The position numbers were made by a program, and so were the translations under genes. Source: an uncultured Actinomycetes bacterium (GTDB lineage: Bacteria > Actinomycetota > Acidimicrobiia > Acidimicrobiales > Microtrichaceae). From it: a stretch of 64,000 bases of DNA. The DNA lies in contig CAINRS010000057.1 of assembly GCA_903852755.1 (NCBI GenBank), forward strand, positions 505 through 64,504. Reading direction: 5' to 3'. Every line of letters begins with the position of its first letter. Position 1 is the first letter of the stretch. Below are positions 25,101 through 33,393 of the stretch, piece by piece. Under the pieces are notes generated by a model, which ran no database searches, had not been told where the DNA came from, and worked only from the letters and a program-made list of their open reading frames with translations.

Positions 25101-26609
25101 TCAGTACGCACCTTCGCCCAGGTTGACCATGATCGTCTTGGTCTCGAGGAAGGCGTCGATGCCCTCGGCGCCGCCCTCACGGCCCAGGCCGGAATGCTTG
25201 GTCCCACCGAAGGGCACGTTGGGCATGACCGTGTAACCGTTGACGCCGAAGGTGCCCGACCGGACCGCACGGGCGACCCGGAGTGCCCGGCGGACGTCGT
25301 TGGTCTGCACCGACGCCCCCAGCCCGTAGACGGTGGCGTTGGCGAGCTCGACGGCGTGTGCCTCGTCCCGGAACGGGATCACCGAGAGCACCGGGCCGAA
25401 GATCTCCTCCTGGGCCACCCGCATGTCGTTGGACACGCCCGTCAGCAGGGTCGGGTTGACGAAGTTGCCGGAGGCCAGGTCGCCACCCGGCCGGTCACCG
25501 CCGATGACGAGTTCGGCGCCCTCGGCCACACCGGCCTCGATCAGGCCACAGACCTTGTCGACCTGCCGCTGGTTGATGAGCGCGGCCGAGGTGGTGGCCG
25601 GGTCGAAGGGATCGCCGTAGGTGGTCAGGGCCGCCATCGCGGCGGCCCGCTCGACCAGGTCGTCGTGGATCGACTCGTGCACGAGCAACCTGGTGTGGCA
25701 GACGCACCCCTGGCCCGACAGGCCCATGGTGACCATGCCCATGGCCACCATGGCCGTGGCGTCCAGGTCCACGTCGGGGAACACGATGTTCGGGCTCTTG
25801 CCGCCGAGCTCCAGGCTCACCCGGGCGACACGGTCGGCGGCGGCGTGGAGCATTCGGGTGCCGACCGCACGCGAGCCGGTGAAGCTGATCTTGTCGACCC
25901 TGGGGTCGGTGATGAGCGCCTCTCCGGTCGGCTCGGGCGGCCCCGTCACCAGGTTGATGACACCGTCGGGCACCCCGGCCTCGAGCAGCAGCTCGACGAG
26001 GCGGACCGAGGTCAGCGACGCGAACTCCGAGGGCTTCAGCACGACGGTGCACCCGGCGGCGAGCGCAGGCGCGACCTTCTGCGCGAACAGCATGACGGGC
26101 GCGTTCCACGGGATCACCGCCGCGACCACCCCGACCGGCTCCCGGAGGGTCATGGGCATCCAGGCCGACCCGGTGTAGTCGGGCAGGGTCTGGCCGGCGA
26201 TCTTGTCGATCCAGCCGGCGTGGTGGTCGAAGACGTCGGCGGCGATGGTCGAGGACAGCTGGTAGACGCTGGTGAACCCGACGGGAACCCCGTTGTCGAG
26301 CGTCTGCAGGTGGTTGAGCTCATCGGCGTGGGCGTCGATCAGCGACGCCACCCGCTGGAGCAGCCGCTGGCGGTCACGTGCGGTGAGCGAGGTCCACTCC
26401 CCGTCGTCGAAGGCCCTGCGGGCGGCACCCACGGCCTCGGCCACATCGTCCGCCGTGGCCACGGCGATCGTCGTGACCTCCTCGTTGGTGGCCGGGTGGA
26501 CGTGGGTCCAGGTCTCGCCGTCGCCCCCGTCACGCCAGGTGCCGTCGATCAGGAGTCGACCGGGGCGGACACCGAGTCGTTCGACGTGCGGGAGGATGGT
26601 GAGGGTCAT
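25101..26609 (-). CDS. NAD(P)-dependent aldehyde dehydrogenase
   Basis: 502 aa with VIPWNAP, KPSEFASLT, ELGGKSPNIVFPD, GQGCVCHTRLLV and EEIFGPV. Confidence 0.93.
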   Translation of the reverse strand: MTLTILPHVERLGVRPGRLLIDGTWRDGGDGETWTHVHPATNEEVTTIAVATADDVAEAVGAARRAFDDGEWTSLTARDRQRLLQRVASLIDAHADELNHLQTLDNGVPVGFTSVYQLSSTIAADVFDHHAGWIDKIAGQTLPDYTGSAWMPMTLREPVGVVAAVIPWNAPVMLFAQKVAPALAAGCTVVLKPSEFASLTSVRLVELLLEAGVPDGVINLVTGPPEPTGEALITDPRVDKISFTGSRAVGTRMLHAAADRVARVSLELGGKSPNIVFPDVDLDATAMVAMGMVTMGLSGQGCVCHTRLLVHESIHDDLVERAAAMAALTTYGDPFDPATTSAALINQRQVDKVCGLIEAGVAEGAELVIGGDRPGGDLASGNFVNPTLLTGVSNDMRVAQEEIFGPVLSVIPFRDEAHAVELANATVYGLGASVQTNDVRRALRVARAVRSGTFGVNGYTVMPNVPFGGTKHSGLGREGGAEGIDAFLETKTIMVNLGEGAY

Positions 26610-26630
26610 GGATGGGACTCTAGCGAGTGC

Positions 26631-27053
26631 TCAGTCCGCGACGGCCACCGCCGTACCGGCGACCTTGACCTCACCGTCACCGTTGGCGACCTCGATCTCG
26701 AGGTCGACCAGGCGACGGCCGTCCTCCTCGCGTTTGTCGGTCACGACGACCTTGGTGGTCAGGACCTCATCCGGCCAGGTCTGCTTGGTGAACCGGACCT
26801 TCAGGTTGGTCAGGTTGCCCACGCCGACGTAGTCCGAGATGGCCTTGGCCAGGATCCCGGCGGTGAACATGCCGTGGCCGAACACGCTCGGCAGGCCGGC
26901 GGCCTGGGCGGCGACCTCGTCGGTGTGCATCGGGTTGAAGTCGCCGGAGGCCCCGGCGTACGCGACCAGATCGGTCCGGGTCAGCTTGTGGCTGAACTCG
27001 GGGGCGGCGTCGCCCACGTTCACCTGATCGAACTGCAGTGCGGCCTCGGCCAT
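26631..27053 (-). CDS. MaoC-like (R)-specific enoyl-CoA hydratase hotdog protein
   Basis: Start at ATG 27053, preceded by GGGGAG. The hydratase-2 motif region reads YAGASGDFNPMHTDEVAAQAAGLPSVFGHGM. Confidence 0.85.
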   Translation of the reverse strand: MAEAALQFDQVNVGDAAPEFSHKLTRTDLVAYAGASGDFNPMHTDEVAAQAAGLPSVFGHGMFTAGILAKAISDYVGVGNLTNLKVRFTKQTWPDEVLTTKVVVTDKREEDGRRLVDLEIEVANGDGEVKVAGTAVAVAD

Positions 27054-27096
27054 CTGTGCTCCCCTGTCTCCGGATCCGGTCTGGACGCCCATGCTA

Positions 27097-27114
27097 CCTG
27101 ACGCCCGTGTCAGG
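27097..27114. promoter_or_regulatory. dyad operator copy 6 (CCTGACGCCCGTGTCAGG) upstream of the MaoC gene
   Basis: It is the exact reverse complement of copy 7. On the minus strand it is followed by TAGCAT. It is also followed by a tandem array of GTCAGG half-sites (27124-27192). Confidence 0.75.
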
Positions 27115-27123
27115 TCGCATCCG

Positions 27124-27192
27124 AGGCGGCCAGGTGGCGTCCGGGGAGGCGGTCAGGTGGCGTCCGGGGAGGCGGTCAGGTCGCATCCGAGA
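27124..27192. repeat. three tandem 23-bp units, each carrying a GTCAGG (or CCAGG) operator half-site; the last unit forms the SDR stop codon and final codons
   Basis: The units are AGGCGGCCAGGTGGCGTCCGGGG, AGGCGGTCAGGTGGCGTCCGGGG and AGGCGGTCAGGTCGCATCCGAGA. GTCAGGTCGCATCCGAG also occurs at 27109-27125, continuing from operator copy 6. Confidence 0.85.
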
Positions 27193-28090
27193 AGATCGAC
27201 GCCATGGCCACCATCTCCTCACCGGCGGCGGCAGGGACGATGAACGGGTCGGTGGCCCGGATCTCGTCGAGGTGGGCGACCACGTCCTCGGGGGTCGGGG
27301 CGACGCCCCGGCCGGCGATCCACCCCGGGCCCAGGCCCACGAACGCCCGGGCGATTCGCCCGCCGCCCACGCTGAAGACCTCGTGGGTGGGCTCACAGCC
27401 GGAGGACGCCAGGTACGCCACCAGGCCGGACACCTGCTCGGGAGCGAGCAGGCTCGCCATGGCCTCGCCCATGAGCTGCTCGGTGAGGCGGGTCGTGGCG
27501 AGCGGGGCGATGACGTTGCTCCGGATGTTGGACTTGGCTCCCTCGATGGCGATCACGCTCGACAGACCGACCAGGCCCATCTTGGCGCCGGCGTAGTTGG
27601 CCTGACCGAAGTTGCCGAACAACCCGGCGGCCGAGGTGGTGTGGACGAACCGCCCGTAGCCCTGCTCCTTCATGTGGGCGAACGCCGGACGGCTCACGTA
27701 GAACGCGCCCTTCAGGTGCACGTCGATGATGTCGTCGATGTTCTCGGTGGTCATCTTGGCGAAGGACTGGTCGCGCAGGAACCCGGCGTTGTTGACCACC
27801 ACGTCGACGGTGCCGAACGCCTCGAGGGCGGAGCGCACGATGGACTCCCCACCCTCGGCGGTGCTCACGCTGTCGTGGTTGGCCACCGCCTCGCCGCCGG
27901 CGTCGACGATCTCGTCGACCACGCGCTGGGCTGCCGAGGCGTCAGCACCCTCGCCGGCCGCCGTGCCACCCAGGTCGTTCACGACCACCCGTGCACCCCG
28001 CTCGGCGAGGAGGAGGGCGTGCGAACGCCCCAGCCCGCCTCCGGCGCCGGTCACGATCGCCACCTGTCCGTCGAACGTCACATCACTCAC
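27176..28090 (-). CDS. SDR-family 3-hydroxyacyl-CoA dehydrogenase (MFE-2 / Hsd4A N-terminal-domain-like)
   Basis: Motifs VAIVTGAGGGLGRSHALLLAERGARVVVNDLGG, VVNNAGFLRD and GQANYGAAKMGLVGL. Confidence 0.88.
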   Translation of the reverse strand: MSDVTFDGQVAIVTGAGGGLGRSHALLLAERGARVVVNDLGGTAAGEGADASAAQRVVDEIVDAGGEAVANHDSVSTAEGGESIVRSALEAFGTVDVVVNNAGFLRDQSFAKMTTENIDDIIDVHLKGAFYVSRPAFAHMKEQGYGRFVHTTSAAGLFGNFGQANYAGAKMGLVGLSSVIAIEGAKSNIRSNVIAPLATTRLTEQLMGEAMASLLAPEQVSGLVAYLASSGCEPTHEVFSVGGGRIARAFVGLGPGWIAGRGVAPTPEDVVAHLDEIRATDPFIVPAAAGEEMVAMASIFSDAT

Positions 28091-28119
28091 CGGGTACCTC
28101 CGTGATCTCTCCGTGCGAA

Positions 28120-29133
28120 TCAGTCGAGCAGCAGTCCGGCGAGTTGGTCACGGTGCCAGTCCGCGTCGCCGAGCAGGTGGTCGCCGCCGTAGGCGCGGCG
28201 CAGGCGCAGGTGCAGGTCGTGCTCCCACGTGTAGCCGATGCCGCCGTGCGCCTGGAGCCCGGTGCGGGCCCAGTGACGGGCCGCACCACCAGCGGCCGCC
28301 TTGGCGACGTGAACCGCCGAGGACCGGTCGTCGTCGTCGGCGTCGACGCACATGGCGGCGTAGGCGACCGCCGCCGCGGCCCGCTCCTGGTGCAGCGAGG
28401 CGTCGACGAGCTTCCACTGCAGTCCCTGGAACGACCCGACCGGCTTGCCGAACTGCTCACGCTCGGCGACGTAGGCCAACGTGGACTCCTGGAGCCACCG
28501 GCCGACGCCCACGAGTTCGGCGGCGAGCCCCACGGTCGCCCGGTCGAGTGCGTCACGGACCGCTCCCGACTCGACCGGGACCGCCGTTCCGGCCGGTACC
28601 CGCACCCGCCACAACGGCCGGGTGCGGTCGAGGGCCTCGATGGGTGCGGAGTCCAGGCCGTCGGCGTCGACGACGAGCACCGACGGTCCCGAGCGGAGGA
28701 ACACCACCCGGTCCACCTGGTCGAGGTGCGGCACGAACCAGCACTCGTCGTGGTCGCCCGGCTCCCAGACGCCCGCTGCGTCAGCGACGGCGACCGTGGC
28801 ACTGAGCGTGCCCTCGGCCACTGCGTCGGCATCGGGGTGGCCGGCGGCGCGCAGCAGCGGGAGCGCCCAGGACGCCGTGACCCAGAGCGGGCCGGGGGCG
28901 AGCACCACACCGGACTCCTCGAGGAACAGGGCCAGGTCGACCAGCGGGCCGTCGCCGAGTGCCGACCACTCGCTCAGGTGGGTCGCGTGGAACGACCGGG
29001 CCGTGGCGGGGCCGTCCGGGGTCACGTCGTAGCAGGCATCACGGACCAGCGACGGTGGGCACTCCCTGGTGAACATCGACCGGGCGGTGTCACGCAGGAG
29101 CTCCTGCTCGTCGGAGAGCGCGAAGTCAACCAC
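28120..29133 (-). CDS. acyl-CoA dehydrogenase family protein, beta-type subunit (FadE27/FadE29-like)
   Basis: 337 aa, shorter than canonical ACADs. C-terminal GGIGYTWEHDLHLRLRRAYG. Start GTG 29133 overlaps the upstream ACAD by 8 nt (GTGGTTGA). Confidence 0.8.
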   Translation of the reverse strand: MVDFALSDEQELLRDTARSMFTRECPPSLVRDACYDVTPDGPATARSFHATHLSEWSALGDGPLVDLALFLEESGVVLAPGPLWVTASWALPLLRAAGHPDADAVAEGTLSATVAVADAAGVWEPGDHDECWFVPHLDQVDRVVFLRSGPSVLVVDADGLDSAPIEALDRTRPLWRVRVPAGTAVPVESGAVRDALDRATVGLAAELVGVGRWLQESTLAYVAEREQFGKPVGSFQGLQWKLVDASLHQERAAAAVAYAAMCVDADDDDRSSAVHVAKAAAGGAARHWARTGLQAHGGIGYTWEHDLHLRLRRAYGGDHLLGDADWHRDQLAGLLLD

Positions 29134-30295
29134 GGGGCAACCCCAGGACCCGGTTGGCGACGATGTTGCGCTGGACCTCCGACGTGCCCCCGCCGATCGT
29201 GGCAGCGAGCGACACCTGCCAGGCCGCCTGGAAGCGGCCGCCCTGCGCTGCGAGCTCCGGATCCGTCACCGTGGCGTAGGCGCCCTGCAGGTCCATCCCG
29301 AACTCGTTCAGGCGCTGCCGCAGCTCCGAGGCGGCGAGCTTCATGTAGGAGTGCTCCGGGGCCGACGAACCCTGGGCGAACGAGGCGAATCCCTTGTAGC
29401 CGAGGGCCCGGATCGACCGGACCTCCTCGTGCAGTTCACCGATCCGACGTCGGACGACCGGATCGGCGGCCAGTCCGCGGTCGCGAACCAGGGTGACCAG
29501 CCCGTCGAGCGCACGCTGGGCGTAGCCGACGCCCTCGAGCCACAACCCGCCGCGCTCGTGGGCGAGCGAGCCCATGGTGATGCGCCAGCCGTTGTCGAGT
29601 TCACCGACCAGGTTGGAGCGGGGCACGACGGCGTCGACCAGGAACACCTCGGCGAACTCGGCGTTGCCGGTGATGTGGCGCAGGGGCCGGACCTCGACGC
29701 CGGGGGTGTCCATGTCGAGGATCAACACCGAGATGCCCTTGTGCTTGGGGGCCGACGGGTCGGTGCGCACGTAGAGGAAGCACCGTTCGGCCCACTCGGC
29801 GTAGCTGGTCCAGACCTTCTGTCCGTTGACGACGAACGAGTCGCCGTCGAGCTCGGCCCGGGTCGACAGGCTGCCCAGGTCCGAGCCGGCATCCGGTTCG
29901 CTCATCCCGACGCACCAGACGGTGTCGCCACGGATGGCAGCCGGAGCGAGCGCCCGCTGCTCCTCGTTGCCGAACTCGAGCAGCGACGGGCCCACGATGC
30001 CGTACCCGCCGAAGTGCACCGAGCGGGGGACGCCCCGGGCGGCGAGTTCCTCCTGGTACACCAGGGTCTGCAGTGGGGTGGCGTTGCGACCGCCGAGCTC
30101 GGGCGGGTAGGCCGGGATCATCCACCCGGAGTCGAACAACAGGGCCTGCCAGTCCCGGGCCCAACCCGGGACCTCGTCGGCCTCCTCGCCGATCCAGTCC
30201 CGGCCGTCACGCAACTGCTCAGGGGTGTGCTCGTCCAGGAAGGCGGCGATCTCGGCGCGGAACGCCTCGGACTCCGGATCCCACGAGAGCCTCAC
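29126..30295 (-). CDS. acyl-CoA dehydrogenase, alpha-type subunit (FadE26/FadE28-like)
   Basis: 389 aa with CVGMSEPDAGSDLGSL, GQKVWTSYA and GGTSEVQRNIVANRVLGLPRG. Operator 30314-30331 lies 19 nt upstream. Confidence 0.88.
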   Translation of the reverse strand: MRLSWDPESEAFRAEIAAFLDEHTPEQLRDGRDWIGEEADEVPGWARDWQALLFDSGWMIPAYPPELGGRNATPLQTLVYQEELAARGVPRSVHFGGYGIVGPSLLEFGNEEQRALAPAAIRGDTVWCVGMSEPDAGSDLGSLSTRAELDGDSFVVNGQKVWTSYAEWAERCFLYVRTDPSAPKHKGISVLILDMDTPGVEVRPLRHITGNAEFAEVFLVDAVVPRSNLVGELDNGWRITMGSLAHERGGLWLEGVGYAQRALDGLVTLVRDRGLAADPVVRRRIGELHEEVRSIRALGYKGFASFAQGSSAPEHSYMKLAASELRQRLNEFGMDLQGAYATVTDPELAAQGGRFQAAWQVSLAATIGGGTSEVQRNIVANRVLGLPRG

Positions 30296-30313
30296 CGGCG
30301 GGACCGCCTCGCA

Positions 30314-30331
30314 CCTGACACGGGCGTCAGG
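30314..30331. promoter_or_regulatory. dyad operator copy 7 (CCTGACACGGGCGTCAGG) upstream of the ACAD alpha/beta pair
   Basis: Lies in the 36-nt gap between the thiolase stop (30332) and the ACAD start (30295). TAACCT on the minus strand abuts it. Confidence 0.75.
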
Positions 30332-31573
30332 TTAGTCCGTGCGCAACAGGAACGCCGCAGCGAGGGGGCCTCCACCGGCCGCTGCGATGCCGACGCTCGG
30401 GTCGCCACCGTCGATGCGGACCTGCCGCTCCCCCGCCTCACCCCAGAGCTGCAGGCACGCCTCGTGCAGGAACCCGAACCCGTGGAGCCGGCCCGCGGAC
30501 AGCTGGCCGCCGTGCGTGTTGAGCGCAACCGATCCCGGCACGCCCGCCGCCTCCCGGGCGATCCGGGTGCCGCCGTCGACGAACGGACCACCCTCGCCCC
30601 GCGCGCAGAACCCGAGCGCCTCGAGCCAGGACAGCGTGATGAAGCTGAAGCCGTCGTAGAGCTCGGCCACGTGGACCTGCTCGGGCGTCAGGTCGGTTCG
30701 CTCCCACATCATGGCGGCTGCGTCCCGCAGCGCCATGGTGGTCAGGTCGTCGAACTGGTCCCAGCTCGGGCGACCGCGCAGCGCCGTGCCCAGCGCCTCG
30801 ATGCGCACGGGCGGTCGACGCAGATCCGCAGCGGCGTCGCCGCGCGAGACGATGACCGCCGTCGAGCCGTCGGCCGGGACGTCACAGTCGTACAGGCAGA
30901 GCGGATCCGAGATCATGCGGACCCCGAGGTAGTCGTCCATGGTCATGGGCGTGCGGTAGATGGCCGTCGGGTTGATCTCCGCGTTGCGCCGGGAGTTGAG
31001 GGCGATCCACGCCAGCTGCTCGCGGGTGGTGCCGTACCGGTGGAAGTGGAGGTTGGCCATCATCCCGATCCAGTTGGCCGCCGACGGCGCACCGAACGGC
31101 AGGGACCACTGCATGAAGCTCGTCGCCCGGTAGCCGCCACCGCCTCCGCCACCGCCACCGCCACCCATGGTCACGCTCGCCCGGCCGGCGTCGCCCTGGG
31201 CGGACGCCTCCCACACGGTCCGGAAGCACAGCACGTGGTTGCACAGGCCGGTGGCCACGGCAGCCACGGCGTTGGCGACCGCCCCCAGCTGCCCGGGGAG
31301 CTCGAGTCCGCCGGCGAACCAGTTCAGCTCGAGTCGCAGGGCGTCGTGGACCTCGGCGATGCCGACGCCGGAGAACCCCGGCGGGATGTTCATGTTCCCC
31401 GGGTACGTGGCCAGGCCGTCGATGTCGGACAGCTGGAGACCGGCGTGCTCGACCGCGGCCAGGCATGCGTCGAGCGTCAGGCCCAGCGGGTCCCGGTAGA
31501 TGCGTCGACCGATCTGGGACTGGCCGACGCCGGACACCACGGCGCGCCGCTCACCGATCTCGGTCCAGCTCAC
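30332..31573 (-). CDS. thiolase-fold Ltp/SCP-x type protein with an internal Gly11 run
   Basis: 413 aa: RRAVVSGVGQSQIGRR..., NTHGGQLSAGRLHGFG. No xCxSG nucleophile motif at the expected place. The poly-Gly insert reads MGGGGGGGGGGGY. Coupled to the upstream DUF35 gene by a 4-nt overlap. Confidence 0.82.
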   Translation of the reverse strand: MSWTEIGERRAVVSGVGQSQIGRRIYRDPLGLTLDACLAAVEHAGLQLSDIDGLATYPGNMNIPPGFSGVGIAEVHDALRLELNWFAGGLELPGQLGAVANAVAAVATGLCNHVLCFRTVWEASAQGDAGRASVTMGGGGGGGGGGGYRATSFMQWSLPFGAPSAANWIGMMANLHFHRYGTTREQLAWIALNSRRNAEINPTAIYRTPMTMDDYLGVRMISDPLCLYDCDVPADGSTAVIVSRGDAAADLRRPPVRIEALGTALRGRPSWDQFDDLTTMALRDAAAMMWERTDLTPEQVHVAELYDGFSFITLSWLEALGFCARGEGGPFVDGGTRIAREAAGVPGSVALNTHGGQLSAGRLHGFGFLHEACLQLWGEAGERQVRIDGGDPSVGIAAAGGGPLAAAFLLRTD

Positions 31574-32037
31574 GGCGTACCACCCTGCGCGCCCCGAGCA
31601 ACCGGACCACCGGCATCGGGGTCCGGCTCGAAGAATGGCAGCCAGACCGAACCGTCACGGTCCGGGTACTCCTCGAACGTGACCCGGACGCGCTGGTCGA
31701 ACTCCACGCGGTCCGGTTCGATGCCGACGATGTTGGTCGTGAGGCGCAGGCCCTCCTGGTCGTCGAGCTCGACGATCGCCACCACGTAGGGCGGGTCGAG
31801 GCCCGGGTACCAGGGCTGGTGGTTGACCGTGTAGGTCAGGACACGACCGCGGCCGGAGCTGGCCCGGGGAGCCACCTCGGTCGAGAGGCAGGAGGGACAC
31901 CGCGGCTGGGGCGGGTGGATCCACGTCCCGCAGGCGGCACAGTGCAGGAACCGGAGCTCACCGTGCTCACCACCCCGCCAGAAGTGCTCGTTGTCGGAGG
32001 TGACGGCCGGGAGCACCCGGAAGGGCTGGTCCGGCAT
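31570..32037 (-). CDS. DUF35 OB-fold / zinc-ribbon protein
   Basis: Zn-ribbon HCAACGTWIHPPQPRCPSC, followed by an OB fold (GRVLTYTVNH...YVVAIVELDDQEGLRLTTNIV). Confidence 0.85.
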   Translation of the reverse strand: MPDQPFRVLPAVTSDNEHFWRGGEHGELRFLHCAACGTWIHPPQPRCPSCLSTEVAPRASSGRGRVLTYTVNHQPWYPGLDPPYVVAIVELDDQEGLRLTTNIVGIEPDRVEFDQRVRVTFEEYPDRDGSVWLPFFEPDPDAGGPVARGAQGGTP

Positions 32038-32040
32038 CGC

Positions 32041-32394
32041 TCAGTCGGCCTGACGGCCGGCCTCGTAGCCGGCCCGCGCGAACGGGAGCATCTCCCGGGC
32101 GGGTACCAGCCCGAAGCTCGGCTGGGTCAGCACGAGCACGCCGAGGACCTCCTGCCAGGAGGCGCCGAACTCCGCGGCGAGCTGGGCGTGGCGCTGCACA
32201 CCCGGTCCGGACCGGAGCACGACGGTGCACGCGAGCCGGACGAGCTCGTGGGTGCGGCGGTCCAGGCCCGGCAGGTCGTCGAGTGCCGACAGGTACGCCG
32301 AGAGGCCGGCCGCAGCGGCCGGGAAGGCCTCCTGGATGGACGGCAGTTCGTCGCGGAAGTCGCTCACCTCGTCCACCCTAGGACCGCCCACCAT
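32041..32394 (-). CDS. carboxymuconolactone decarboxylase (AhpD-like) family protein
   Basis: 117 aa: LDRRTHELVRLACTVVLRSGPGVQRHAQLAAEFGASWQEV. The start is uncertain; ATG 32394 overlaps the upstream SDR by 17 nt, and GTG 32376 or 32367 are alternatives. Confidence 0.7.
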   Translation of the reverse strand: MVGGPRVDEVSDFRDELPSIQEAFPAAAAGLSAYLSALDDLPGLDRRTHELVRLACTVVLRSGPGVQRHAQLAAEFGASWQEVLGVLVLTQPSFGLVPAREMLPFARAGYEAGRQAD

Positions 32395-33301
32395 CCGACC
32401 GTGCCGTGTCCTGGCTGAGCCCCTTGGGCATGACCATGCCGACCGGCTGCAGGTGCTGGCCGAGCATCGAGTCGAACTCCTCCGCCACCGACGCCACGTC
32501 CCAGCCGCCGTCCCGGTGCATCCAGGCGATCTGCCGGGGGTGCTGGAACAGCGTGTAGCTGAACTCGGTGCGGCCGAACACCTGACCGTTGACGTGGCCG
32601 GCCTGCTCCGAGGCGAGGAAGGTCACGAGCGGTGCGTTGAGGGACGGGTCGAGGGTCGGCGGCACCTCGACCTCCTCGCCGTCGTCGCTCAGGTTCGCCG
32701 TCATGCGGGTGATTCCCGCAGGGGCGAGGGCGTTCACCGTGATGCCCGACCGGGCCAGTTCGAGCGCCCAGACGAAGGTGAGACCCATGATCCCCGCCTT
32801 GGCGGCTCCGTAGTTGCTCTGGCCGAAGTTGCCGCGCAGCCCGGCCGAGGACGTGATGTTGACCACACGGCCGTAGCCCGCCTCCTTCATGATCGGCGCC
32901 GCGTGGCGCGTGACGTTGAACGTGCCCTTGAGGTGGGTGGCGATCACGGCGTCGAAATCGGACTCCTCCATCTTGACGAGCGTGCGGTCACGGACGATGC
33001 CGGCGTTGTTGACCACGATGTCGACCTGGCCGAACGTGTCGACGGCGGCCGCCACGATGCGGCCCGCACCCTCGAAGTCGGCGACCGACTCACGTGCGGC
33101 CACGGCCCGGCCGCCAGCCGCCTCGATCTCGGCGACCACCGAGCCCGCCGGGTCCTCGCCCGTGCCCTCTCCCCGGAGCGAGACACCGACGTCGTTGACG
33201 ACGACGGCCGCGCCCTCCCGGGCCAGGCTGAGGGCGAACTCCCGACCGAGGCCCCGGCCGGACCCCGTGACCACTGCGACACGTCCGTTGAGGATTCCCA
33301 T
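32378..33301 (-). CDS. SDR-family dehydrogenase (MFE-2 / Hsd4A-like 3-hydroxyacyl-CoA dehydrogenase)
   Basis: Start at ATG 33301 (MGILNGRVAVVTGSGRGLGREFALSLAREGAAVVVNDVG). Motifs VNNAGIVRD and GQSNYGAAKAGIMGL. Operator 33317-33334 lies 16 nt upstream. Confidence 0.88.
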   Translation of the reverse strand: MGILNGRVAVVTGSGRGLGREFALSLAREGAAVVVNDVGVSLRGEGTGEDPAGSVVAEIEAAGGRAVAARESVADFEGAGRIVAAAVDTFGQVDIVVNNAGIVRDRTLVKMEESDFDAVIATHLKGTFNVTRHAAPIMKEAGYGRVVNITSSAGLRGNFGQSNYGAAKAGIMGLTFVWALELARSGITVNALAPAGITRMTANLSDDGEEVEVPPTLDPSLNAPLVTFLASEQAGHVNGQVFGRTEFSYTLFQHPRQIAWMHRDGGWDVASVAEEFDSMLGQHLQPVGMVMPKGLSQDTARSDGGRS

Positions 33302-33316
33302 GACGGCGCACACTAA

Positions 33317-33334
33317 CCTGACACGCACGTCAGA
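33317..33334. promoter_or_regulatory. dyad operator copy 8 (CCTGACACGCACGTCAGA) between divergent SDR and MaoC_N/ACAD/ligase operons
   Basis: Shares 17 of 18 positions with copy 3. Plus-strand TAACCT (33314-33319) and minus-strand TAGTGT flank it. Confidence 0.72.
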
Positions 33335-33354
33335 TCCGTCGCCCGAGACGGATC
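33333..33354 (+). other. perfect 8-bp stem / 6-nt loop inverted repeat (GATCCGTC GCCCGA GACGGATC) in the 5' leader of the MaoC_N-ACAD-ligase operon
   Basis: Read directly from the sequence. It overlaps the last 2 nt of operator copy 8 and precedes the RBS at 33382-33389. Confidence 0.6.
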
Positions 33355-33393
33355 GTGGCCGGGGGAACGAGCGGGGAGAACGAGGAGGACACC

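Noticed and set aside
30677-30693. Operator-like sequence CCTGCTCGGGCGTCAGG inside the thiolase-fold gene 30332-31573
   Set aside because: The left arm lacks one base (CCTG-C), which gives the wrong spacing. It also lies within coding sequence far from any start. It is counted as a chance partial match, not a 12th operator.
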